A stretch of 64,000 bases of DNA from Actinomycetes bacterium (GCA_021793175.1 JAJYTH010000001.1:4211-68210); one strand, 5' to 3'; positions 9,829-19,786 are shown, numbered from the stretch's first letter. Made by a program: numbers and translations. Notes: generated by a model from the sequence alone, not told the origin.

Positions 9829-12414
9829 ATGCCCATCCGGCGTCGATCATCGCGGCCCCTGCCGCTGTTGCCGTGGCTGTCGGCCCCACGTGCGGCGTTG
9901 TCGAGCCCGCTCACCCTGATAGCCGCCGCGGTCACCGCGTTGCTGTCGTGCTTCCTCGGCATGGGCGCGGTGCTGCACACCTCGGCCGCGGGTGGCGCGA
10001 CGCTGGACTACCAAGCCGATACGGCGTGTCCCGACCACTACGGACCGGTGTTCATCAAATCCAGCGCCGAACCAGAGCAGGTCGAGGCCCTGGCCGAGGC
10101 CGTGACGCGGCATGCTCCCGCCCACGGTTTCGGCCGGCCGAGCGTGAGCCTGTTCAGTCACCTGGTCCACGACGTCGACTTCGGCACCGGAAAGACCTAC
10201 ACGGTGCGAGTCGCCTACAAAGACGGCGGCACGGACCACCTGGAGTCGGTGCGCGGTACCGACGCCCCGGGACTGTGGATGGGCCGTGACCTGGCGAACG
10301 CCGGCGGTCTCGGGCCGGGTGACCGCGCCGTCGATCCCTCGTGGCCGGCGATCACGGGGGTCTACGCCGATCTGTACAACCCGGCTCCCCGCTGGTGGTG
10401 TTCCGTGCAGGATCTCGCGGTACAGAACCGCCTGGTCGACCACATCGCCACCGGAGCGGTGTTGTTCGCCACCGACCGCGCCACCTTCGACGAAGTCACC
10501 CGTCACCAATCGCGGCTGGAACGGTTGACCATCACCTTCCCCACTCCCGCACCCCGCACGTTGGCCGAGGCGGAGGACAACCAACACCGTGCCGAGGCTC
10601 TGATCGCCGATGTGCGTGAGGAACTGCGTGCCCGAGGTGTCGGAGACGCGCTGATGTCCACCCCGTTCGCGCGGTCGGTGGAGCTGGCGCAGCAGGCTCA
10701 GGCGACGGTGACGTGGTCGATCCTGCCGTTGGCCGCCCTGAGTGTCGGCGTCGGCTTGCTGGGCACGGCCACCGTCGGCCTCCAGTGGTACCACCGCCGC
10801 CACGCGCAGGTGCGGCTGTACTCCGCTCGGGGACACGGGCCCTTGGCCATCGGGATGGTGGCCGTGGCCGAACTCGGCCTTCCCATCGTGCTCGGTGGTG
10901 TGGCCGGAGCCGTACTCGCCCGCGCGGCCCTTCCCCTCTACGCGCCACCGGGGCGGTTCGGCGTCGACGCGGAGCTCATCGGGACGGCGGTGGCCGCGGG
11001 CGTACTCCTGGCGACCCTGGCGTTGCTGGTGGCGGTGGTGGCCGTGCGCACCCACCGGGAGTTCGCGCTCGGTCTCACCGCCCCTCGCCGCCCACGCCGA
11101 CTGTGGCTGTTCCTGCCGTGGGAACTCGGCACGGCCGGGGTGGCGCTGCTGGGCTGGCTCCGCCTCCCTCGTTACGGCGACAGCGCCGCCACGGACCCGG
11201 TGCCTGAGACCGACCCGTTGGCGTTGCTCTATCCCGTGGCTGTGGTCCTGACCGTCGGCTTGGTGGTCGCACGGCTGGCCTGGTGGACGTTACGTGCCTC
11301 GCATCGACTGCGTTGGTGGTCCCGCCCGACCGTGCAGTGGGCCGTGCGGCGTTTGGCGCACGCCCGCGCTCCCGTCACGGGCGTGTTGGTGATCGCCGTG
11401 CTCGCGGTGGGCACACTGGCCGCCGGGTCCTCCATCGCCGCAGCCCAACAACAGGCCCTCGCGGTGAAATCGGGTGTGTTCGTCGGCGCCCATTCCCGAG
11501 TCGACGTCGAGAACCCGGTCGGCCGGGGCGAAGTCCCCTTGCCCGCGTCGCTGCGGTCGAACAGCACGATCGTCGGCGTCGTGAGTGACGACGGCACCGG
11601 GAAGGTCCTCGTGGTCGACCCGGGCACGTTCGGCCACGCCGCCTACACCGATCACCTGCCGCAGAACGAACTCGACCGGATGCTCGAGGAATCGGCCACT
11701 CCCGAGTCCGGGTCACTACCCGCGATCCGGGTGGGCGATGCACTGTCCACCAGGGACACCGTGCTCGGCGAGGTCCACACGGTGGGCACAGTGGACACCG
11801 CCCCGATGCTGGGTGGACAGCCGGGCCACATCGTGTCCCGCACCGCGTTGGACGCCGAGCAACTCGATCGGATCCCCCGGTGGACGCTACTATCCACGAA
11901 GTCCGCCGAACAGGTCGGTGCCGCGCTGAGGCAGGCTGCGATCGTGCACATGAATTCGGTCGACCGGGACACCGCCTTCAATGCCCTGCCGTTCTACGTG
12001 GTCGAGTGGACGTTCTCGTTCGTGGCGTTACTCGGTGTGGTGCTCGGCGTGGCCGCGGCCCTGGCGATGCTGATCGCGGTGGAGGTGCGGCGTCGACAGA
12101 ACGCGCTCACGGGCGCGTTGGCACTACGCATGGGACTGCGCCAACGCTCGTTGTGGTCGGGTCACCTCACCGAGCTCGGAGCTGTGGCGCTGCTCGCGCT
12201 GGCCGCCGGCCTCACGTGCGGAATCACCGTGGCGGCGGTGTCGGTGGCCCGATTCGACCCGGCTCGCTGGCTGCCTCCGGTGTCGGAGCTACCCGATCTG
12301 CTTTCCTTCGTCCTGACCGTGGTCGCCTGTGGTGCGGCGGTGGTGACGCTGGCCTGCTGGATCGCGGTGCGCTCGGCACGCACCGCCCGAGTAGCGGAGC
12401 TGCTGCGTGACTGA
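9829..12414 (+). CDS. FtsX-like ABC transporter permease (two FtsX modules)
   Basis: About 860 aa. TM1 is followed by a roughly 270-aa extracytoplasmic domain, then clusters of TM helices repeated twice (MacB/FtsX topology). The start is uncertain (TTG 9805 or ATG 9829). The stop overlaps the next gene. Confidence 0.8.
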   Translation: MPIRRRSSRPLPLLPWLSAPRAALSSPLTLIAAAVTALLSCFLGMGAVLHTSAAGGATLDYQADTACPDHYGPVFIKSSAEPEQVEALAEAVTRHAPAHGFGRPSVSLFSHLVHDVDFGTGKTYTVRVAYKDGGTDHLESVRGTDAPGLWMGRDLANAGGLGPGDRAVDPSWPAITGVYADLYNPAPRWWCSVQDLAVQNRLVDHIATGAVLFATDRATFDEVTRHQSRLERLTITFPTPAPRTLAEAEDNQHRAEALIADVREELRARGVGDALMSTPFARSVELAQQAQATVTWSILPLAALSVGVGLLGTATVGLQWYHRRHAQVRLYSARGHGPLAIGMVAVAELGLPIVLGGVAGAVLARAALPLYAPPGRFGVDAELIGTAVAAGVLLATLALLVAVVAVRTHREFALGLTAPRRPRRLWLFLPWELGTAGVALLGWLRLPRYGDSAATDPVPETDPLALLYPVAVVLTVGLVVARLAWWTLRASHRLRWWSRPTVQWAVRRLAHARAPVTGVLVIAVLAVGTLAAGSSIAAAQQQALAVKSGVFVGAHSRVDVENPVGRGEVPLPASLRSNSTIVGVVSDDGTGKVLVVDPGTFGHAAYTDHLPQNELDRMLEESATPESGSLPAIRVGDALSTRDTVLGEVHTVGTVDTAPMLGGQPGHIVSRTALDAEQLDRIPRWTLLSTKSAEQVGAALRQAAIVHMNSVDRDTAFNALPFYVVEWTFSFVALLGVVLGVAAALAMLIAVEVRRRQNALTGALALRMGLRQRSLWSGHLTELGAVALLALAAGLTCGITVAAVSVARFDPARWLPPVSELPDLLSFVLTVVACGAAVVTLACWIAVRSARTARVAELLRD

Positions 12415-13105
12415 CACCCCGATCTTCCAGCTCGAGAACGTGGGCGTGGACTACCCGCTGCCCAGCGCCCGCAAGGGGGACGTCGCCGGGGTCGTCGGGC
12501 TCGACGGTGTCGATCTCACGATCCCCAGGTCGGGGCTGACCGTGTTGGCCGGACCGTCCGGCTCCGGGAAGTCAACGTTGCTGAGGGTGCTGTCGCTGTT
12601 CCAGACGCCCACGCGCGGGCGAGTCGTGTTCGAGGGCACCCCGGTGAGTTCCTCACCTCGCCGTCGGCGTGCCCTGCGCCGCGACTCGATCGGACTGGTG
12701 TTCCAGACACCGACCGAGAACCTTCTGCCGCACCTGTCGGTGGCCGACAACCTGCACGCCGCCGCACAGTCGGCACGCCGCCGTTGCGACCCCGCGGCCC
12801 TACTCGACCGACTGGGCCTCGGCGGCACCGAACAGTGGCGGATCGGCGCATTGTCCGGCGGGCAACAACAACGGCTGGCCTTCGCGTGTGTACTCGCTCG
12901 CGGCTGCCCGGTCGTGCTCGCCGACGAACCCACCTCCCAACTCGACGACTCCTCCGCGTCGCACGTCCTGGACGCGATCGCCCTGCTCCAGGCCGAGGGC
13001 GTGGCCGTGGTGGCCTCCTCCCACGACGAGCGGGTGCTCGAGCAGGGTTCCCGCGTGTTCCGGCTCCGGGCCGGCCGAGTGATCGAAGAGGAGAACGAAC
13101 CGTGA
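12407..13105 (+). CDS. ABC transporter ATP-binding protein (subunit 1)
   Basis: Walker A GPSGSGKST, signature LSGGQQQR, Walker B VVLADEPTSQLD, H-loop SSHD. The GTG start overlaps the permease stop. Confidence 0.9.
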   Translation: MTDTPIFQLENVGVDYPLPSARKGDVAGVVGLDGVDLTIPRSGLTVLAGPSGSGKSTLLRVLSLFQTPTRGRVVFEGTPVSSSPRRRRALRRDSIGLVFQTPTENLLPHLSVADNLHAAAQSARRRCDPAALLDRLGLGGTEQWRIGALSGGQQQRLAFACVLARGCPVVLADEPTSQLDDSSASHVLDAIALLQAEGVAVVASSHDERVLEQGSRVFRLRAGRVIEEENEP

Positions 13106-13815
13106 CACTCGAACACTCCGCCTCCCCCTCCCACTCCGCCACCCAGGGGCCTCGGACGGGCCGGATGCCCGCCCTACGCGCGGTGGGGCTGCGACGTCGC
13201 TTCGAGCACGGCGAGGTGGACGTGCTCCGGGGCGCCGAGCTGCACGCCGACTCCGGGGAGATCGTCACGATCACGGGTCGGTCCGGGTCCGGCAAGACGA
13301 CCCTGCTCACACTGTTGTCCGGGTTCGACACCCCCGACGAGGGCACGGTCACCTTCGGCGGCGGCTCCGGCGAATCCGCCGTCGACGTGCCGTGGTCGGT
13401 GTGCGCCGTACTGCCCCAGGCCCTCGGGTTGGCGGCCGAGCTGACCTGCGCCGAGAACGTCGCACTGCCGCTACGACTGCGCCGCGCCCCACATCGCGAG
13501 GTCGAGGCCGTCGTCACGGCACTGCTGGAGGAGCTGGGCCTGGTCGAGCTAGCCGACCGCTACCCCGCCGAACTGTCGTTCGGACAGCAACAACGGGTAG
13601 CGTTGGCACGCGCTGTGAGTGTCCGACCTTCGGTGCTGCTGGTGGACGAACCCACCGCTCACCTCGACCCCGAGTCGACACGCGTGGTGCTGACACTGCT
13701 ACGTCGTATCGCCGACGAGGGCGCCGCCGTCGTGGCCGTCACCCACGACCCGGTGGTCCAGGACGTGGCCGACCGACGGCTACAGCTCGCCGATGGCGTG
13801 CTCATCCCTACTTGA
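13102..13815 (+). CDS. ABC transporter ATP-binding protein (subunit 2, degenerate signature)
   Basis: Walker A GRSGSGKTT, signature LSFGQQQR (the G is replaced by F), Walker B LLLVDEPTAHLD, H-loop VTHD. It shares a GTGA start/stop overlap with subunit 1, and GAGGAG lies upstream. Confidence 0.9.
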   Translation: MTLEHSASPSHSATQGPRTGRMPALRAVGLRRRFEHGEVDVLRGAELHADSGEIVTITGRSGSGKTTLLTLLSGFDTPDEGTVTFGGGSGESAVDVPWSVCAVLPQALGLAAELTCAENVALPLRLRRAPHREVEAVVTALLEELGLVELADRYPAELSFGQQQRVALARAVSVRPSVLLVDEPTAHLDPESTRVVLTLLRRIADEGAAVVAVTHDPVVQDVADRRLQLADGVLIPT

Positions 13816-13822
13816 GATCACA

Positions 13823-14194
13823 TCAGAAATGGTCGAGCAGCTGCCCGAACCGCTCCACCGTCACCAGCCGTTCCGCCGTCGTGTCCAGTTCGGCGTGCTC
13901 CAACACCCACGTGTTGTCGTTGGGGATGAGAACGGCCCCCATGCCTGCGGCCAGAGCCGGCAGGATGTCGGAAGCCGGGGAGTTACCCACCATCCACGTC
14001 GACTCCGGCGACAGTTCATATCGCTCGGCCAGCCACGTGTAGTTGGCGGTCGTCTTCTCCCGCACCACGTGCACTCCGAGGAAGTGGCTTTTCAGACCGG
14101 AGCGATCCAGCTTGCGCCACTGTTCCACCACATCGCCCTTAGTCACCAACACCAGCGGATAGCGCTGCTGTAGCGCGGTGAGCGTGTCGACCAC
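13823..14194 (-). CDS. HAD-superfamily hydrolase-like protein lacking the N-terminal catalytic motif (possible gene remnant)
   Basis: 123 aa containing only HAD motifs II-IV (LVLVTKGD, K, VGNSPASDI). No DxDxT motif I is present. An in-frame stop at 14243-14245 prevents any N-terminal extension. Confidence 0.55.
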   Translation of the reverse strand: MVDTLTALQQRYPLVLVTKGDVVEQWRKLDRSGLKSHFLGVHVVREKTTANYTWLAERYELSPESTWMVGNSPASDILPALAAGMGAVLIPNDNTWVLEHAELDTTAERLVTVERFGQLLDHF

Positions 14195-14319
14195 CGTCGA
14201 ACAAGAGGAAACAGCCAGTGCCGAACACGCGATTCCTCCGGCTCATGACAGTCGACCGGCCTGCGCATCCTTCCACGCGCGCCTCGAGATCAGCCATACC
14301 CCCGGTAGAATGATCGACC

Positions 14320-15402
14320 GTGCGGAGAACTGGCTGGGTACTCGGCGCGATCGCGCTCGTGGCGGTCACCGTCTTGGTGGCCGTGTTCGTGTTCACCGGC
14401 CCCGATCCCGATTCGCCCGTCGATCCACCCGGGCCGCCCGGCACGGGCCCACTCACCGTGGTGTCCTTGGGTGACAGCACCCTGTCCGGGGAAGGGGCGG
14501 GCGACTACACGGCGGACACCGACGGTAAGGACGGCAACTGGTGTCACCGTTCACCGCACGCGATGGTGCACCAGATCGAACTCACCGGTGTGACCGAGTC
14601 GGTGAACCTGGCCTGTTCCGGCGCCCCGTCCCCGCACGTGGGTCTCGGCGACGTCACGCAGTACACCGAGCCGTCCCAGGCGGGGCAGTTGCGTGAGCTG
14701 GTCGACGACCACCGGGTCGCCGCCGTGGTCGTCGCGCTCGGCGCCAACGACGACCCGCGTTTCTCCCGGCTGATCTCCGAGTGCTTCACCTCGTGGTTCC
14801 TCGACCAGGAGGCCCCCTGTAGCGACAAGATCAAGCAGGACTGGCAGAGGCGACTCGACGCCATGGTGCCCAAGGTCGTCGCCGCGCTCGAAGACATCAA
14901 GCAGGTGCTGAAGGAAGCCGGTTACGAACGCTCGGACTACGAGCTCGTCCTGCAGTCGTATGCCTCCCCCATCGGCCCCGGCATTCCGGAGAAGTGGCGC
15001 AACCTCAACGGCTGTCCGTTCCGCACCGAGGACCTGCAATGGGTCGCCGAAACCGGTGCGGTGTCGCTGTCGGACGCCCTGCGCGGCGCGGCGCAGCAGG
15101 CCAACGTGCGATTCCTGGACCTGTCCCGCGCGGGCGTCGGTCATGAGGCGTGCAGTGGCGGCGACGACGCCGAGGACGAATGGTTCACCCGCTTCACAGT
15201 GCGGTGGGACGACCTCAAGGATGTGGAGCGCGCGTCCCATGCGGTGCAGGAGTCGTTCCACCCCAACGCCGCCGGACACGAGCAGTTCGCTCGTTGCATG
15301 AGCGAATTCCTCGCCACCAGCGACCGCGAGGCCGCCTGTCTGAAAGGCGAGGATGGCAATCTCCACGCCGCCCCCGCCGCGCCCTCACTCACCGACAGCT
15401 GA
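14320..15402 (+). CDS. SGNH/GDSL hydrolase family protein, membrane-anchored or secreted
   Basis: N-terminal TM/signal segment (WVLGAIALVAVTVLVAVFVF), block I VVSLGDSTLSGEG, and a C-terminal HPN (catalytic His) block. Confidence 0.85.
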   Translation: MRRTGWVLGAIALVAVTVLVAVFVFTGPDPDSPVDPPGPPGTGPLTVVSLGDSTLSGEGAGDYTADTDGKDGNWCHRSPHAMVHQIELTGVTESVNLACSGAPSPHVGLGDVTQYTEPSQAGQLRELVDDHRVAAVVVALGANDDPRFSRLISECFTSWFLDQEAPCSDKIKQDWQRRLDAMVPKVVAALEDIKQVLKEAGYERSDYELVLQSYASPIGPGIPEKWRNLNGCPFRTEDLQWVAETGAVSLSDALRGAAQQANVRFLDLSRAGVGHEACSGGDDAEDEWFTRFTVRWDDLKDVERASHAVQESFHPNAAGHEQFARCMSEFLATSDREAACLKGEDGNLHAAPAAPSLTDS

Positions 15403-15439
15403 GTAGCCGACCTCTCAGGAACACCCAGCCCTTCAAGCC

Positions 15440-15465
15440 TGACGGCCCGTGTGGTCCGGCCGTCA
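15440..15465. terminator. possible terminator hairpin in the convergent gap
   Basis: TGACGGCC (15440-15447) pairs with GGCCGTCA (15458-15465), with a 10-nt loop. It lies between the SGNH hydrolase and Lrp genes. The stem is modest. Confidence 0.4.
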
Positions 15466-15507
15466 CGCGCACATCGGGTCGCAAAGGCCGGTGCGCGGCG
15501 ACGACGC

Positions 15508-15963
15508 TCACAGGTTCGGCGAACGGCCCTCGAACGGGGTGGACAGCACCACCGTGGTGCGGGTGGAGACCTTGGCCGCCTCCCGGATGCGGCGCAACAA
15601 GTCCTCCAAAGCCAGTGGGGACGCCACTCTCACCAGCAACACGTACGACTCGTCGCCAGCCACCGAGTAGCACGACTCGATCTCGGGGATGTGTTCGAGC
15701 CGCTGCGGATAGTCGTCGGGGGCGGCCGGGTCGTTCGGTGTCAGTGAGATCAACGCCGTCAGGGGAAGTCCGATCTGTTCCCCGTCGAGCCGGGCGGTGT
15801 ATCCGCGGATCACTCCACGCTGCTCCAGCCGCCGCACCCGCTGGTGCACGGCCGACACCGACAACCCGACCCGCTCGGCCAGGTCAGTGAAACTGCGGCG
15901 GCCGTCGGCGGCCAGCTCCCGCACGATGGCTCGGTCCAGCGGCTCCAGTCCTCCACCCGTCAT
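15508..15963 (-). CDS. Lrp/AsnC family transcriptional regulator
   Basis: LDRAIVRELAADGRRSFTDLAERVGLSVSAVHQRVRRLE is the HTH, followed by a RAM/ACT-like C-terminal domain. ATG 15963 forms an ATGA overlap with the upstream peptidase stop. Confidence 0.9.
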   Translation of the reverse strand: MTGGGLEPLDRAIVRELAADGRRSFTDLAERVGLSVSAVHQRVRRLEQRGVIRGYTARLDGEQIGLPLTALISLTPNDPAAPDDYPQRLEHIPEIESCYSVAGDESYVLLVRVASPLALEDLLRRIREAAKVSTRTTVVLSTPFEGRSPNL

Positions 15964-17108
15964 GCCGGAAGAACGACCAGTTCGTGCGGCCGCGTGTTCA
16001 ACGGCTCGACCCCGTCGGCGGTGACGACAACGATGTCCTCGATGCGAGCGCCCCAACGCCCGGCGTGGTAGATACCCGGCTCGATGCTGAACACCATGCC
16101 GGGCTCCAACGGCAGGTCGTTACCCGCCACGATGTAGGGCTCCTCGTGCACGTCGAGGCCGATGCCGTGACCGGTGCGGTGGATGAAGTTGGCGCCGAAT
16201 CCCGCCTCGGTGATGAGGTCGCGGGCGACCGCGTCGATCTCCTGTGCCGTCACACCGGGCCGTACGGCGCGCACGGCGGCGTCCTGCGCACGCTGCAACA
16301 CGGCGTAGGTGTCGGCCACATCGGCGTCCCGGGGTTCCCCCACCGCGTAGGTGCGTGTGCAGTCGGAGTTGTAGCCCTCGGCGATCGGACCTCCGATGTC
16401 GACCACCACCACGTCACCGGGCTGGATCACCCGGTCGGACACGTCGTGGTGGGGGCTGGCGCCGTTGGGTCCGGAACCGACGATGACGAAGTCGGCGTGC
16501 GTGTGGCCCTCGGCGACGATCGCCTCGGTGATGTCCGCTCCCACCTCGGCTTCGGTACGGCCCGAGCGCAACCATTCGCCCATGCGTGCGTGAACCCGGT
16601 CGATCGCCTCACCCGCTTTGCGCAACGCGGTGAGCTCGGCGGCGTCCTTGCACATCCGCAGTTCCCGCAGTACGGGCCCGGCGAGGGTCTGTTCGGCGCC
16701 GGATACCGCGTCTCGCAGCCCGAGGACGTGCAGGGCGGCCATGGTGTCGCTCACGGCCACACGGCCGGGTCGACCCAGCCGGTCGGCGACCATCCGGTAC
16801 GGGTCGTCACCGTCGACCCAGGTGACCAGCTCCACGCCTATCTCGTCGAGGGGGATGTCGGCGTAGCCGGGAGCTTCCAGCTTCGGCAACACCAGAGTCG
16901 GTACGGCCTCGTCGGACGCGGGCACGACCAGTGTGGTGAGCCGCTCGAAGGAGCCGCCCGCCTGCCCGATCAGATACCGCAGGTCGGAGCCGGGCGCGAC
17001 CAGTAGCGCGTCCGTGGCGGCGTCGGCCGCGGCTGCCCGGGCGCGGTCGAGTCGGGCACGCAGGGTGGAGGCATCGGGTGCGGGTGTGTGCAGCGAACGA
17101 CGCGACAT
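15960..17108 (-). CDS. M24 family Xaa-Pro dipeptidase/aminopeptidase P
   Basis: Creatinase-like N-domain plus a pita-bread fold with metal ligands (DIGG...[17 protein letters not shown]). It is syntenic with M. tuberculosis pepE next to the 5'-3' exonuclease gene. Confidence 0.85.
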   Translation of the reverse strand: MSRRSLHTPAPDASTLRARLDRARAAAADAATDALLVAPGSDLRYLIGQAGGSFERLTTLVVPASDEAVPTLVLPKLEAPGYADIPLDEIGVELVTWVDGDDPYRMVADRLGRPGRVAVSDTMAALHVLGLRDAVSGAEQTLAGPVLRELRMCKDAAELTALRKAGEAIDRVHARMGEWLRSGRTEAEVGADITEAIVAEGHTHADFVIVGSGPNGASPHHDVSDRVIQPGDVVVVDIGGPIAEGYNSDCTRTYAVGEPRDADVADTYAVLQRAQDAAVRAVRPGVTAQEIDAVARDLITEAGFGANFIHRTGHGIGLDVHEEPYIVAGNDLPLEPGMVFSIEPGIYHAGRWGARIEDIVVVTADGVEPLNTRPHELVVLPA

Positions 17109-17186
17109 GGCCGAAAGCCTAACCTTCCTGCACGACAAGTGCCCGCACACCCACCACGCGTACGGCGGTGTGGCACGCTTGGACGC

Positions 17187-18149
17187 GTGACCGCCCCGCT
17201 GGTGCTACTCGATGCCGCGAGCCTGTATTTCCGTTCGTTCTTCGCGCTGCCCGAGTCACTGACCGCTCCCGACGGCACTCCGGTGAACGCCGTGCGCGGG
17301 TTCGCCGACACCGTGGCGCGGGTGCTCACCGATCGACGTCCGGCACGGCTCGTGGCGTGTCTAGACGCCGATTGGCGTCCCGAGTTCCGGGTGCGGGCGC
17401 TGCCCAGTTACAAGGCGCACCGTGTCGCCGAGAGCTCCGAAGACGGCTCGGACGCCGAGGAGGTGCCCGACACGCTCGCCCCGCAGGTGCCGATCATCCT
17501 GGAACTGCTGGAAGCGGTGGGGATCGCCACTGCGGAAGCCGAGGGATTCGAGGCCGACGACGTCATCGGCACGCTGGTCGCCGGGGAGTCACAGCGGCCG
17601 GTGGAGGTCGTGACCGGTGACCGCGACCTGTTCCAGCTGGTGCGTTTCGAACCGAGTCCGGTGTCGGTGATCTACGTGGGTAAAGGTTGGGCCAAGGCCG
17701 AGGTGTTGGGCCCGGCGGAGGTCGCCGACCGCTATGCGCTTCCCGTCGAACACGCCGGCAGCGCCTACGCCGACATGTCGATGTTGCGGGGCGATCCGTC
17801 CGACGGGTTGCCCGGGGTTCCCGGAATCGGGGAGAAGACGGCCGCGAAACTGGTGACCCGGTTCGGGTCGCTGGAGGCGTTGCTGGAGGCGGCACGAGAA
17901 GCTCATCCCGATGTGCCGCCCAGGGCACGGACCAAGCTGCTGGAGTCCGCCGACTACCTGGCGGCCGCGCCACTGGTGGTGCGGGTGGCCACCGACGCGC
18001 CCGTGACCGGCCCGGTCGACGACCACGTGCCCGCCGAACCCGCGGCCCCGGAACGCGTGGCCGAGTTGGCCGAGCGCTACAACCTCGGCGGATCGGTGAC
18101 GCGTCTGCTGGCCGCTCTCCCTGGTCAGACCGGCAGACCGACCTCGTAG
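17187..18149 (+). CDS. 5'-3' exonuclease (Pol I N-terminal/FEN-like)
   Basis: [29 protein letters not shown] and a H3TH region ([16 protein letters not shown]). I chose GTG 17187; the longer ORF from 17088 adds an Arg-rich leader. Confidence 0.85.
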   Translation: MTAPLVLLDAASLYFRSFFALPESLTAPDGTPVNAVRGFADTVARVLTDRRPARLVACLDADWRPEFRVRALPSYKAHRVAESSEDGSDAEEVPDTLAPQVPIILELLEAVGIATAEAEGFEADDVIGTLVAGESQRPVEVVTGDRDLFQLVRFEPSPVSVIYVGKGWAKAEVLGPAEVADRYALPVEHAGSAYADMSMLRGDPSDGLPGVPGIGEKTAAKLVTRFGSLEALLEAAREAHPDVPPRARTKLLESADYLAAAPLVVRVATDAPVTGPVDDHVPAEPAAPERVAELAERYNLGGSVTRLLAALPGQTGRPTS

Positions 18150-18535
18150 AGGCCGTCGTCGTCCACGATTTCGATGGGCACACGTTTGTTCTCGCCCTCG
18201 ATGACGGCGGTGCAGTCGAAGGTGGCGCCCTTCCGCACGGTCGGCCGCAGCGGGCAGCTCACTTTGTCGACATCACTGATGCCGTAGCTGCCCGTGAGCA
18301 CCACCCGCACCGACTTCTCCACCGACGCACCGTTGAGTGCCTTCGTCACGGGAGTCGGAGACTCGGACAGCTCCGTGGAGGTCGTCCTGATGCTGGTGGG
18401 GTTGACCGGGATGGTGCCCTGCTCGGCGGGCTCGGTGTCTCCGTCTCCCCCGGCGCAGGCGCCGAGAGCCAGGACCGCACAGATGGATATGAATCCTCTC
18501 CACACACCGCGTACCCGCACGGCCGGACACTCCAC
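18125..18535 (-). CDS. DUF4333 domain lipoprotein
   Basis: Signal peptide with lipobox ([10 protein letters not shown]). The C-terminal beta-rich domain has a conserved Cys pair (VSCP...FDCTAV..., ending YEVGLPV), as in DUF4333. It overlaps the exonuclease 3' end convergently by 25 nt. Confidence 0.75.
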   Translation of the reverse strand: MECPAVRVRGVWRGFISICAVLALGACAGGDGDTEPAEQGTIPVNPTSIRTTSTELSESPTPVTKALNGASVEKSVRVVLTGSYGISDVDKVSCPLRPTVRKGATFDCTAVIEGENKRVPIEIVDDDGLYEVGLPV

Positions 18536-18538
18536 AAC

Positions 18539-18578
18539 GCTCGTTAATGCTCGTCAGTGCTCGTCAATGCTCGTTACC
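18539..18578. repeat. four tandem copies of a 10-bp unit (GCTCGTYANY)
   Basis: gctcgttaat / gctcgtcagt / gctcgtcaat / gctcgttacc. These fill most of the 57-nt spacer between the Eis-like gene stop and the lipoprotein gene start. Confidence 0.9.
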
Positions 18579-18592
18579 GAGAAACCTCCCGG

Positions 18593-19786
18593 TCAGAAAA
18601 ACGTACCGCACCACGGAGCCGACCGCGTGCGGGCCAGGTCGTCCATGAGCGGTGCGACTTCGGCAGCACGCACGGTGATCCTCCCGGCGTCGACCAAAGC
18701 CGAGGGACGCCACCCGCCGACGAACATCATCGCCAACGTGTCCACACCGAGGCGGGCATCGGCAGGCTGGTCTGTTCGCGTCACACCGGTCGGTCCCACC
18801 CGGTATCGGCCGGTGTTGTGTTCCAGTATCGGATCGGTGATCTCCAGCACGAGCGGCTCACCGTGCCAGACCCGCGCCCGTAGTGCGGCCTCGACGTCCA
18901 CCAGCCGTAGCCACGACTCGTCCCCCACCTCGGTGGTCTCGCATACGCGGGGATCGGTGAACAGCAATTCCAGCGGCTCCTCAAGGGAGCGTTGGCGTAC
19001 CACGATGGTGTCGACGAGGTCCACGCCGAGCAGGAAGCGCCACAGCCCCGCGAACGCGGACGCGTCCGCGGCATGCAAGTCCATGACCTGCATGGCGCCG
19101 AGCTGACCGGACTGCCGAGTCACCCGGTAGACCGCGAATCCGTCCGGCCCGTCCGTGCCGTGATGCACGAGCGTCGCCACGGGTTCGTCGCTCTGCCACA
19201 ATCGCGCGAACAGGCGCGCCCACCACCGCTCGGGCCGAGTCATCATCCCGGGCCGTAGCGGAATCCGCGCGTACACGTCGGGCAGGCGGCGCTCGGCTTC
19301 ATCGAGGTTGAGCAGCTCGATCCGACCCCCTGCGGGGACCTCGGGCCGCAGCCGTGCCTGCCGCCGGTGCACGGTGCAGGAGCGTGAACGGGTGGCGACG
19401 CCGTAGCCGAATCGCCCGTAGATCTCACCCTCGGTGGCGTACAGGAGAGCGGCGGTGACCTCCCGTTCGGCGAGATCGGTGAGCTGGCGGTGCATCAACG
19501 CCGTCAGCACTCCGCGCCGGGTGTGGTCGACCCGAACCCCAACACCCGTGACAGCCGCCAACGGGACCCGCGCCCCACCGGGCACGACCAGTTCGGCATC
19601 CGTCGAGCGAGTCGTGCCGATCAGCTGCTCGTCGAAGGCCCCGAACACCCGCCCCGGCTGGTGCGTGGGACGGAGACGCTCCCACTGTTCGTCGGTGGCG
19701 GGGCCGTGGTGCAAAGCACCGCGGAACAGCGTGTATGCCGCACGGAACTCATCGTCGCGCAGAGGGCGGACCACAACATCGTTCAT
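18593..19786 (-). CDS. Eis-like GNAT family N-acetyltransferase
   Basis: About 397 aa starting at MNDVVVRPLRDDEFRAAY. It has tandem GNAT folds (RRGVLTALM) plus an SCP2-like C-terminal domain, which is the Eis architecture. Confidence 0.8.
   Translation of the reverse strand: MNDVVVRPLRDDEFRAAYTLFRGALHHGPATDEQWERLRPTHQPGRVFGAFDEQLIGTTRSTDAELVVPGGARVPLAAVTGVGVRVDHTRRGVLTALMHRQLTDLAEREVTAALLYATEGEIYGRFGYGVATRSRSCTVHRRQARLRPEVPAGGRIELLNLDEAERRLPDVYARIPLRPGMMTRPERWWARLFARLWQSDEPVATLVHHGTDGPDGFAVYRVTRQSGQLGAMQVMDLHAADASAFAGLWRFLLGVDLVDTIVVRQRSLEEPLELLFTDPRVCETTEVGDESWLRLVDVEAALRARVWHGEPLVLEITDPILEHNTGRYRVGPTGVTRTDQPADARLGVDTLAMMFVGGWRPSALVDAGRITVRAAEVAPLMDDLARTRSAPWCGTFF

Noticed and set aside
18539-18578. 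Could the short tandem repeats here and at 60879..60932 be CRISPR arrays?
   Set aside because: The units are 9-10 nt and directly abutting, with no spacers, and no cas genes are present. They are not CRISPR.
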